Source: an uncultured Muribaculaceae bacterium (GTDB lineage Bacteria; Bacillota_I; Bacilli_A; RF39; UBA660). From it: a DNA stretch of 38,095 nt. The first letter of the stretch is position 1. Each line of letters opens with the position of its first letter. This document shows positions 26,550-35,090 of the stretch, piece by piece. Made by a program: the position numbers and the translations under genes. Below the pieces are notes generated by a model, which was not told where the DNA came from, did not search any database, and saw only the letters and a program-made list of their open reading frames with translations. Where the stretch lies: NCBI GenBank assembly GCA_964438315.1, contig CAYTKH010000003.1:1-38095 (forward strand), given 5' to 3'.

Positions 26550-26670
26550 CCTGTAAAAAAGGAAGATAATTTTATTAAGATAGTAAAAACATATAATGGT
26601 AATTAGAGTATTTATATAATAGAAATAAGGAAGTAACTTTAAAAATTTATCTAGGTAAAATAATAAAAGA
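26550..26670 (+). pseudogene. Decayed second LysM domain beyond the endolysin stop
   Basis: In frame after TAG: PVKKEDNFIKIVKTYNGN*, then shifted YLYNRNKEV and KIYLGKIIK. Confidence 0.65.
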
Positions 26671-26722
26671 TTTATAAAAAGTAAAAGATATATGGTATAA
26701 TTAAAATGGGAGGAGTTTTAAA

Positions 26723-27274
26723 ATGACAATGGATTATCCGATAAAATATGCAGTATTAGAATTAAAAAAAGAAGGTGGTCTTATAGTTGGATATAAAGAT
26801 ATCACCCAAGGATTTATAGTTTCAAAGTGTTATGTAATGGAAAGTAATATATTATATAGACTTAATAGAATAACCCATAAGGTAGTATTCCCATTTGCGG
26901 ATATTTCAAAATTTCAAGATTCCATCAAAAATAGTAATCAAAATATTGGTGAAAAGAATATACCTTGCTATGATGCCTCTGGTAATATTAGTCCAGTTTG
27001 GGTGGTAAAAGATTTATTTGATTCATATGAAGAAGCTAAAATAGTTGCAGAAGGAGCAAATAAAGAATATAGGTGTAATTTGGCAGTAGAAGTAGATATA
27101 GAAAGCAAAGATTGGAATTGGAAACTGAAAAAAATAAGACAAGAATTTGATAAAAATTTAAAATTATGCTATTTATTTGAAAAATTGGTACAAGAAGCAA
27201 CTGAAGATATGAATGTAAGCGAGTTACTTACTAATGAACAAGAATCTCTTGTAAAAATTTTAAAAATAAGATAA
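26723..27274 (+). CDS. Hypothetical protein
   Basis: 183-aa ORF with GGGAGGAG RBS and TG-g-TATAAT just upstream; no recognised motif. Confidence 0.7.
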   Translation: MTMDYPIKYAVLELKKEGGLIVGYKDITQGFIVSKCYVMESNILYRLNRITHKVVFPFADISKFQDSIKNSNQNIGEKNIPCYDASGNISPVWVVKDLFDSYEEAKIVAEGANKEYRCNLAVEVDIESKDWNWKLKKIRQEFDKNLKLCYLFEKLVQEATEDMNVSELLTNEQESLVKILKIR

Positions 27275-27401
27275 TTTAGTTGATAGTAAATAAATATTAA
27301 AATTGTACTAAATTTCTTATAAAAATTAGAAACCTTTTAATTTTCAAAAGTTTGTTGAAAAAATAAAAAAAATAATATATAATTAATTAGGAGGAACAAA
27401 A

Positions 27402-27944
27402 GTGGAAGAAATTTTATTGGAAGTAGAAGAAAAAATGCAAAGTTCTATTGCAAATATGGAAAAAAGATTTGCAAATATTAGAGCAGGTAGGGCCAATCCG
27501 GCTATCTTAGATGGAATAATGGTTAATTACTATGGGGTAGATACTCCGTTAAAACAACTAGCTACAATATCAATACCAGAAGCTAGACAACTAATGATTA
27601 AACCATTTGATAAAAGTAGTTTAACTTCAGTTGAAAAAGCTATATACGAATCTAATATTGGTCTTACACCAAATAACAATGGTGAAGTAATCATATTAAA
27701 TATACCAGTTTTAACAGAAGAAACAAGAAAAGAATATGTGAAACAAGCAAAAGCTATGGCAGAAGAATGTAAAATATCACTAAGAAATATAAGACAAGAT
27801 GCTAATAACGACATAAAAAAATTAGAATTACCAGAAGACGATGTAAAATCAGCGGTAGAAGAGGTACAAGAATTAATTAATAAATATAATAAAATTGTCG
27901 ATGATAAAACTAAAGAAAAAGAAACAGAACTAATGAGTGTTTAA
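27402..27944 (+). CDS. frr: Ribosome recycling factor
   Basis: IRAGRANP, V.YYG..TPL.QLATIS.PEAR, LTEE.RKE, RNIRQD. Confidence 0.97.
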   Translation: MEEILLEVEEKMQSSIANMEKRFANIRAGRANPAILDGIMVNYYGVDTPLKQLATISIPEARQLMIKPFDKSSLTSVEKAIYESNIGLTPNNNGEVIILNIPVLTEETRKEYVKQAKAMAEECKISLRNIRQDANNDIKKLELPEDDVKSAVEEVQELINKYNKIVDDKTKEKETELMSV

Positions 27945-27996
27945 TTCTTTTTTTTTATATTTTAATATGATATAATTAAATATAAGGTGATTATTA

Positions 27997-28401
27997 ATGG
28001 AACAAAAAACAAGAAGCGAATATAGAAAAGACATAATGACAATTCTCTATCAAATAAATGTATATAAAAAAAACAAAATGCCATACAATGTTGATGACAT
28101 AATAAAAGAGATACTAAAAATCGATAACGAATTTGTCAAGGACATCGTCTATGGGGTCCAAACATATATAACTGATATCGAAAAATACGCTAACGATAAC
28201 TTAGAAGATTGGACTATTGACCGCTTAGGGTATGCAGATCAAGCTATATTACAAATGGGAATTTATGAACTAGTATATACAAATACACCTGATATCGTCT
28301 GTATTAATGAAGCTATCGAGTTAGCTAAAAGCTATAGCGATGATAGTGTAAGAAAAATGATTAATGCTGTCATGGATAAAATATTACATGATAAGGAGTA
28401 A
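27997..28401 (+). CDS. nusB: Transcription antitermination factor NusB
   Basis: W..DRL...DQAIL..GIYEL, P..V.INEAIELAK.YS, INAVMD. Confidence 0.93.
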   Translation: MEQKTRSEYRKDIMTILYQINVYKKNKMPYNVDDIIKEILKIDNEFVKDIVYGVQTYITDIEKYANDNLEDWTIDRLGYADQAILQMGIYELVYTNTPDIVCINEAIELAKSYSDDSVRKMINAVMDKILHDKE

Positions 28402-28404
28402 ATT

Positions 28405-29685
28405 ATGCAAGATAAGTATTTGACAGTTACAGCAATTACAAGATATTTAAAAAATAAATTTGATATTGATGATAATTTAAGAACTGTTTATTTAAAAGGG
28501 GAAATATCTAACTGTAAGATACATACAACAGGTCATATCTATTTTTCAATTAAAGATGAAACAAGTAAAATAAATGCTATAATGTTTAAAAGTAGTGCAA
28601 CAAAGTTAAATTTTGAACCTAAAGAAGGTATGAAAATAATGGTTACTGGTTCCATAACGGTATATGAGTCTACTGGTAATTATCAAATATATGTAACTGA
28701 TATGCAAGAAGATGGTATTGGTAATTTATATATCGAATATCAAAAATTAAAAGCAAAATTAGAAAAGGAAGGTTTATTTGATTCAAAATATAAAAAAGAA
28801 ATACCCAAATATCCAAAAAAAATAGGAATCGTAACTGCTAAAACAGGAGCTGCTATAAGAGATATACTATCTACGATAGAAAAAAGATACCCAATGTGTG
28901 AAACCTATTTGTTTCCATGTTTAGTTCAAGGTGATAATGCAGCTAGTGATATTAAAGCAAAAATAGAACAAGCAAATAAAAACGATTTAGATGTTCTAAT
29001 AGTAGGTCGTGGTGGTGGCTCATTTGAAGATTTAAACTCCTTTAACGATGAAGGAGTAGCAAGAGCAATTTTTGCATCAAAGATACCAATTATAAGTGCA
29101 GTAGGTCATGAAATAGATTTTACCATTGCAGACTTTGTTGCAGATTTAAGAGCATTAACACCAACGGCAGCAGCAGTACTAGCAGTACCCAATATAAGTG
29201 ATATAAAAGATAGTATAAATCAATTAAAAATTAGGATAAACGAAGCCATTTATAAAAAAATTAACTATTTAAAACTATACATGGATACTTTTAAAAACTC
29301 ATTTATAATTAAAAATCCTAGATTGATGTTTGATAATCGTAAGCAATATCTTGATATGATAAATGAAAAATGTAATAATATTATAATTAATAAAATACGT
29401 GATTTAAAATTAAAATTAGATAAGATAAGAAGTAATTATATAATCAACAATCCAGAATTTTTATATAAAGAAAAAAAAGATAAATTAGAAAAAATAACCG
29501 AAAAATTGATATTAGTAAATCCTTTAAACATATTAAAAAAAGGTTATTCGTTAATATATGTAGATAATAAAGTAATAAAGAACATAAAAAACATCAAAAT
29601 TAATGATAAATTAAAAATAAAAATGTACGACGGTAATATTAATGTTACCGTAAATAGCAAGGAGCAGAATAATGGAAAAAGTTAA
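28405..29685 (+). CDS. xseA: Exodeoxyribonuclease VII large subunit
   Basis: GEISN, GHIYFSIKD, LIVGRGGGSFEDL..FN.E, ISAVGHEIDFTIADFVAD. Confidence 0.96.
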   Translation: MQDKYLTVTAITRYLKNKFDIDDNLRTVYLKGEISNCKIHTTGHIYFSIKDETSKINAIMFKSSATKLNFEPKEGMKIMVTGSITVYESTGNYQIYVTDMQEDGIGNLYIEYQKLKAKLEKEGLFDSKYKKEIPKYPKKIGIVTAKTGAAIRDILSTIEKRYPMCETYLFPCLVQGDNAASDIKAKIEQANKNDLDVLIVGRGGGSFEDLNSFNDEGVARAIFASKIPIISAVGHEIDFTIADFVADLRALTPTAAAVLAVPNISDIKDSINQLKIRINEAIYKKINYLKLYMDTFKNSFIIKNPRLMFDNRKQYLDMINEKCNNIIINKIRDLKLKLDKIRSNYIINNPEFLYKEKKDKLEKITEKLILVNPLNILKKGYSLIYVDNKVIKNIKNIKINDKLKIKMYDGNINVTVNSKEQNNGKS

Positions 29686-29893
29686 ATTTGAAGATAAAAT
29701 AACTAATCTAGAAAAAATAATTAATGAATTAGAAAGCAATGAAACATCATTAGAAGATTCAATTGATAGATATACAACTGCTATGAAACTTATAAAAGAA
29801 TGTGATAAAGAGTTATCTAATTACGAAAAACATATAAGCAAAATAGTAAATGAAAATGGCGAAATAGAAAATTTTGAAATAGAAGAAAACTAA
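29672..29893 (+). CDS. xseB: Exodeoxyribonuclease VII small subunit
   Basis: FE....LE.II.ELE.....LEDSI..Y; overlaps xseA. Confidence 0.92.
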   Translation: MEKVKFEDKITNLEKIINELESNETSLEDSIDRYTTAMKLIKECDKELSNYEKHISKIVNENGEIENFEIEEN

Positions 29894-29986
29894 TAATTTT
29901 TTAGAAATTACCAAATAAAACTTATAATATTATAAATGATAATGTAAATAATAATAATGTAGTCTGTTTTAAAAGGAGATGTTAAA

Positions 29987-30982
29987 ATGTTTTTTAAAAA
30001 ATTAAAAACAACATTAACCTTAACATTTCTAACATTAGTTATTATTCCCGTAAATATTTTAGCGTATTCAAAAACTGTTATAGCAGGTGGTGAAAACATT
30101 GGTATAACAGTAGAATCAAAAGGTATCATCATCGTAGGTACATATGATGTTGATGGTGATAAAATAGCAACAGACGCTGGTTTAAAAAAAGGCGATATAA
30201 TTAAAACTATCAATGATAAATCAGTTCTATCAATCGATGAAATGGTTAAAGAAATAAACAAAAGTGATAGTTTAAAAGTAAAAATAGGCTACTATCGTAA
30301 AGATAAGATGATGAATACAAATCTAAAATTAGTAAAAAAAGATAATGTATACAAAACAGGTCTTTATGTGAAAGATAGTATAACGGGTATAGGTACCTTA
30401 ACATTTATAGACCCTAAAACTGGTATGTATGGAGCCTTAGGTCATGAAATATCTGAATCCAATACAAGTACGATGCTAGAAATAAGAGATGGTAAGATAT
30501 TTGATTCAAATGTAACAAGTATCGACAAGTCTAAAATTGGTAATCCTGGCAGCAAAAATGCAACTTTGAATTCATCAAATGTAAATGGTAATATTTTAAA
30601 AAATACAGAAAGTGGTATTTTTGGTAAATATATAAGTGAATTTGATAATAATAAAGAGTATAAAGTTGCAAAAGTTGATGATATTAAACTAGGTAAAGCT
30701 AAAATTTTGACAGTTTTAGATGGTACATCAGTAAAAGCTTATGATATTAATATAATCAAAATCAATAATAAGAGTGATTCCAAAATAAAAAAAATATTAT
30801 TTGAAGTTACAGATGATGAACTGTTAAGTAAAACAGGAGGTATCGTCCAAGGAATGAGCGGTTCTCCAATTATACAAGATGACTATATTGTAGGTGCAGT
30901 AACTAGTGTTGTTATAAGTAATCCTACTAATGGGTATGGTATTTTAATAACTGATATGTTAGAAGAAATGGAAAAAGAGTAA
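29987..30982 (+). CDS. spoIVB: SpoIVB-family serine peptidase (PDZ plus S55)
   Basis: Signal peptide, PDZ, GIGTLTF.DP, YGALGH.I, TGGIVQGMSGSPIIQ. Confidence 0.9.
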   Translation: MFFKKLKTTLTLTFLTLVIIPVNILAYSKTVIAGGENIGITVESKGIIIVGTYDVDGDKIATDAGLKKGDIIKTINDKSVLSIDEMVKEINKSDSLKVKIGYYRKDKMMNTNLKLVKKDNVYKTGLYVKDSITGIGTLTFIDPKTGMYGALGHEISESNTSTMLEIRDGKIFDSNVTSIDKSKIGNPGSKNATLNSSNVNGNILKNTESGIFGKYISEFDNNKEYKVAKVDDIKLGKAKILTVLDGTSVKAYDINIIKINNKSDSKIKKILFEVTDDELLSKTGGIVQGMSGSPIIQDDYIVGAVTSVVISNPTNGYGILITDMLEEMEKE

Positions 30983-31079
30983 AACTCTTTTTAATATTTT
31001 TAAATTGTCAAAAAATGTAAAAAATAAAATATCTACTATACAATATTATTTAATAATGTTATAATTAAGAGGTAGGAGA

Positions 31080-32081
31080 GTGATTTTAATGTTGATATTA
31101 GCTAAAGCTATGTTGGCACTTATGATAGGTTTTATTTTAGCTATAATAAGTGGATTAATTCTTATTCCACTGTTTAAAAAGCATAAAAATAAACAGGTAT
31201 TAAGCGAATATCTCAAAAAAGAACACTCAAAAAAAGAAGGTACACCAACAATGGGAGGATTCATCTTTATAATACCTACTATTTTAACGATAATTATATT
31301 ATTAATTACAAATAAAATACAGTATTCGACCAATTTAGCTATAATTTTATTTGTATTCGTCGGTTATGCACTTATAGGTTTTATAGATGATTATTTGATT
31401 TTAAAAAAACATACGAATAAAGGACTAACTCCTATGCAAAAGATGTTAGCACAATTATTTATAGCACTAGTATTTTTCTTTTTGTTTCTAAAAAATGGCT
31501 TAAAACCAGAACTTTATATTCATACCCTTAACTTTAGAGTCAATATGGGGTGGTTTTATGGAATGTTTTTACTTTTTATTTTAGTAGCAAGTTCAAATGC
31601 TGTTAATATAACAGATGGGTTAGATGGCTTAGCTGGTGGCTTATCTTTGATAGCATTTTTAGCACTAGGACTAGTAGCATGGAATTCAACATGGGTACAT
31701 GGTAGTGAAGAAATAGCAATATTTTGTTTTATATTAGTAGGTTCTTTACTTGGATTTTTATTTTATAACACATATCCAGCAAGAATATTCATGGGGGATA
31801 CAGGATCTTTATCTTTAGGGGCTACGATGGCTTCAGTAGCAATATTAACTAATCATGAAATTACTTTTATAATTATAGCTGGTGTTTTCATTATAGAAAC
31901 ATTATCATGTATTCTACAAATCGCATCATATCAACTATATCATAAACGCATTTTTCCTATGGCACCAATACATCATAGTTTTGAAAAAATAGGTTGGGAT
32001 GAAAGGGATATTGTAAAGACCTTTTGGGTTGTTGGATTACTGCTAGCTATGGCAGGTGTATTATTCGCTGTTTGGATTTAA
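31080..32081 (+). CDS. mraY: Phospho-N-acetylmuramoyl-pentapeptide transferase
   Basis: KKEGTPTMGG, GFIDDY, SNAVNITDGLDGLA, FMGDTGS, MAPIHHSFE. Confidence 0.96.
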   Translation: MILMLILAKAMLALMIGFILAIISGLILIPLFKKHKNKQVLSEYLKKEHSKKEGTPTMGGFIFIIPTILTIIILLITNKIQYSTNLAIILFVFVGYALIGFIDDYLILKKHTNKGLTPMQKMLAQLFIALVFFFLFLKNGLKPELYIHTLNFRVNMGWFYGMFLLFILVASSNAVNITDGLDGLAGGLSLIAFLALGLVAWNSTWVHGSEEIAIFCFILVGSLLGFLFYNTYPARIFMGDTGSLSLGATMASVAILTNHEITFIIIAGVFIIETLSCILQIASYQLYHKRIFPMAPIHHSFEKIGWDERDIVKTFWVVGLLLAMAGVLFAVWI

Positions 32082-32186
32082 AAAATCCTTTTTTTTTACT
32101 AAATTTTATTAATCAAATAGAATAAAATTCTTTTCTTTTTAATTAATATGTAGTATAATTATTTATAGATTATAGGAGATGACATT

Positions 32187-33425
32187 ATGAAACATGTATA
32201 TACAAGTATAGATATTGGTTCCGACTCCATTAAAATTGTTGTATGTGAATTATTTCATAATAAGCTAAATTTATTAGCTGCTTCATCTGTTAAATCAAGT
32301 GGGATAAAAAAGGGATTAATAACTGATGTAGAGGCAGCTAGTAAGTCAGTAAAAAAGGGTTTAGCTGAAATAGAACAAATGCTGGGTATAAAGATCAAAA
32401 AAGTTATAACATCAGTTCCAAACTATTATGTGGATTTTTCCATTGAATCCGCTGAAAAAGAAATAGATGAAAGTGTAACGAATGATGATATCATAAAAAT
32501 ATTAAGATTAAGTACGGAAAACAAAGTACAATCAGATAAGGAAATAGTTACCGTTGTACCAATTGATTTTGAACTTGATGGTAGAAGGGGGATTAAAGAT
32601 CCAAAACTCTTATCTGGTGAAAAGTTAAAAATTAGGACAGTAGTAGTATCAACACTAAAAAAAACAATTTATTCAGTAGTTAATTTACTTGATAGTATAG
32701 GACTAGAAGTTGTCGATATTTCACTTGCCAGTATTGGTGATTATTATTCTTTTAAAAATAAAGACAATTCACTAAAAGTAGGTGCTATTATCAATATAGG
32801 TTACGAGACAACTAGTGTATCCTTATATAATAAGGGAATAATATATAAAAGTTCAATCCTAGGTGTTGGCGGTAAAAATATTGATAATGATATATCATAT
32901 ATTTACAAGGTCGATAATCAAGAAGCTGTGAAAATTAAAGAAAAATTTGCACTAGCAAGCAAAGAGCATGCTAATGTTAATGATTATTATGAAGTTACAA
33001 ATCAAATGGGTGAAAATATAAAAATAAATCAGTTAGAAGTTACAGAGGTTGTATCATCTAGAATAGAAGAAATTTTAGTTTTGGCAAGAAAAGAGATAAA
33101 TACTTTGACAAAAAGTGAAGTTGATTATATAATAATAACTGGTGGTACGAGTAGTATCAGTGGATTTAATATAGCAGTAGAAGAAGTACTAGGGCTAGTT
33201 GCATCTGTTGGAAATATTAAAATATTAGGTGTTAGAAATAACAAGTATTCGTCTGCTATTGGAAATATTGTATACTTTATAAATAAGTTAAAATTAAAGG
33301 GACAAGATTATACAATGATTAGTGATGAGGATAATGAAGGATTGTCGCCAAATCATAAAGGAATTTTAAATATATCAAATGAGTCTATGTTGGGGAAGGT
33401 TTTTGGTTACTTCTTCAATGATTAA
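32187..33425 (+). CDS. ftsA: Cell division protein FtsA
   Basis: IDIGS..IK, GIKKGLI.D, INIG..TT, ITGGTS; precedes ftsZ. Confidence 0.93.
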   Translation: MKHVYTSIDIGSDSIKIVVCELFHNKLNLLAASSVKSSGIKKGLITDVEAASKSVKKGLAEIEQMLGIKIKKVITSVPNYYVDFSIESAEKEIDESVTNDDIIKILRLSTENKVQSDKEIVTVVPIDFELDGRRGIKDPKLLSGEKLKIRTVVVSTLKKTIYSVVNLLDSIGLEVVDISLASIGDYYSFKNKDNSLKVGAIINIGYETTSVSLYNKGIIYKSSILGVGGKNIDNDISYIYKVDNQEAVKIKEKFALASKEHANVNDYYEVTNQMGENIKINQLEVTEVVSSRIEEILVLARKEINTLTKSEVDYIIITGGTSSISGFNIAVEEVLGLVASVGNIKILGVRNNKYSSAIGNIVYFINKLKLKGQDYTMISDEDNEGLSPNHKGILNISNESMLGKVFGYFFND

Positions 33426-33437
33426 GGAGGAAAAAAT

Positions 33438-34487
33438 ATGAATATGTTTGGTTTAGAAATGGATCAATTGGCAAAGATAAAAGTAATTGGAGTTGGTGGT
33501 GCAGGTAATAATGCTGTAAATCGTATGGTTGAAGCTGGTATTAAAGGTGTTGAATTCATAGCGGCTAATACAGATTACCAGGTATTGGATAAATCCAAAG
33601 CCGATGTTAAAATTCAAATTGGTATGGATTTAACAAACGGACTTGGTGCAGGAGCTAATCCTAAAATAGGTAAAGAGGCAGCTTTGGAAAGTAAGGAAGA
33701 ACTTAAGTCTGCTTTAGAAGGATCTGATATGATTTTTATTACATGTGGAATGGGTGGAGGAACTGGAACAGGAGCAGCCCCAGTTGTCGCTGATATTGCA
33801 CAAGAATTAGGTGCACTTACTGTTGGTATTGTTACTAAACCATTCTCATTTGAGGGTAGTACTCGTATGGCACAAGCTTTAGAAGGTTTGGAGGAATTAA
33901 AAAAACACGTAGATACTTTAATTGTTATACCTAATGACCGTTTAAGAGAGATTATTGATAAATCGACATCCCTTATTGATTCGTTTAAAGAGGTAGATAA
34001 TGTTTTAAGACGTGGTGTACAGTCTATATCAGATTTAATTGCTGTAGCAGGATTAATTAACTTAGACTTCGCTGATGTTAAAGCTGTTATGAAAAATAAA
34101 GGTAGTGCATTAATAGGTATTGGTATGGGAACAGGTGCTGATAGAGCCAAAGAGGCTGCTAAACAAGCTGTTACTAGTCCACTTTTAGAAGCTAGTATAA
34201 GTGGAGCCACTAATGCAATTATCAATGTTACAGGAGGCTCTAATTTAACTTTGTTTGAAGTTGAGGAAGCCGCAGAAGTTATTAGAACATCTGCTAAAAC
34301 AGATATAAATACAATATTTGGTGCAGTTATAAATGAAAACCTAGAGGATGAGATTATTGTAACTGTTATCGCTACAGGATTTGATGAAGAGAAGAAAGAA
34401 AAAGTAGAAGTTGGTAGTCCAGCATCAGCTGAAGATGATGATGATGAAGGGGATATACCAGCATTCTTAAGAAAGAGAGTTTTTTAA
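33438..34487 (+). CDS. ftsZ: Cell division protein FtsZ
   Basis: [35 protein letters not shown]-terminal DIPAFLR. Confidence 0.99.
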   Translation: MNMFGLEMDQLAKIKVIGVGGAGNNAVNRMVEAGIKGVEFIAANTDYQVLDKSKADVKIQIGMDLTNGLGAGANPKIGKEAALESKEELKSALEGSDMIFITCGMGGGTGTGAAPVVADIAQELGALTVGIVTKPFSFEGSTRMAQALEGLEELKKHVDTLIVIPNDRLREIIDKSTSLIDSFKEVDNVLRRGVQSISDLIAVAGLINLDFADVKAVMKNKGSALIGIGMGTGADRAKEAAKQAVTSPLLEASISGATNAIINVTGGSNLTLFEVEEAAEVIRTSAKTDINTIFGAVINENLEDEIIVTVIATGFDEEKKEKVEVGSPASAEDDDDEGDIPAFLRKRVF

Positions 34488-34489
34488 AA

Positions 34490-34680
34490 CGTTGAAAAAG
34501 AGTAGTAATAATTATGTGTTAATTAGAGAAAATGTGGTAGGTGAAAACATTTTAACGAGTAATTATGAACTTACTTTGGAGTTTAAATCGTGTTATTCGC
34601 GTTAAGAAAAAAGGATAGTTTCTATTAAAGTAGGATGGTACCGCGGTTAAGCTCGCTCCTACAATTAGGAACTTTTTATT
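34490..34680 (+). promoter_or_regulatory. Leucine T-box riboswitch
   Basis: Stem I with AGAGA and GGTGAAA motifs, specifier GAA-CTT-AC (34570-34572), T-box AAGTAGGATGGTACCGCG (~34628-34645), TCCTA/TAGGA terminator plus T-run; upstream of leuS. Confidence 0.88.
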
Positions 34681-34692
34681 TTAGGAGGTATC

Positions 34693-35079
34693 ATGAAAGA
34701 AAAAGATTCAATTAAAAAATTTTATTTGAAACCAGATAAATCAGATTGGTTAGATTTAGATTGTAATGGGATAATACTATCATATAGAACCATTGTAATT
34801 AAAAAAAGTGGGAGTATAAGACCAAAGATAATATTTGATAATGATATTTATATGAAAAACATTTTAGATGTTTATCCAGTTTTTTTTGAAAACGGATTAG
34901 ATATAGATGATAATATAGAACTAATTAAATATTTTGATAAAAAAAATCATAGTATTTTTAGAAGAAAAAAAATAGAAGAATATTTAAAAAAATCAAAATA
35001 TTTATTTAAATATGATGTTGATGATTCAAAAAATAAAGATGTGATTGAAGAAAATTACCACAAGATAAAAAGTAGATAA
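34693..35079 (+). CDS. Hypothetical protein between the T-box and leuS
   Basis: 128-aa ORF with AGGAGG RBS; no recognised motif. Confidence 0.7.
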   Translation: MKEKDSIKKFYLKPDKSDWLDLDCNGIILSYRTIVIKKSGSIRPKIIFDNDIYMKNILDVYPVFFENGLDIDDNIELIKYFDKKNHSIFRRKKIEEYLKKSKYLFKYDVDDSKNKDVIEENYHKIKSR

Positions 35080-35090
35080 GGAGAGTTTTT

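Larger units (their letters stand above)
4426..27390. mobile_element. Accessory island between tsf and frr (two related modules; no integrase or virion genes seen)
   Basis: Interrupts conserved rpsB-tsf-(pyrH)-frr order; contains toxin/immunity, phage-like, sigma and lysis genes and many pseudogene fragments; boundaries approximate. Confidence 0.7.

Noticed and set aside
29140-29175. XseA DLRALTPTAAA instead of the usual DLRAPTPT
   Set aside because: Single substitution; cannot be told apart from polymorphism or sequencing error
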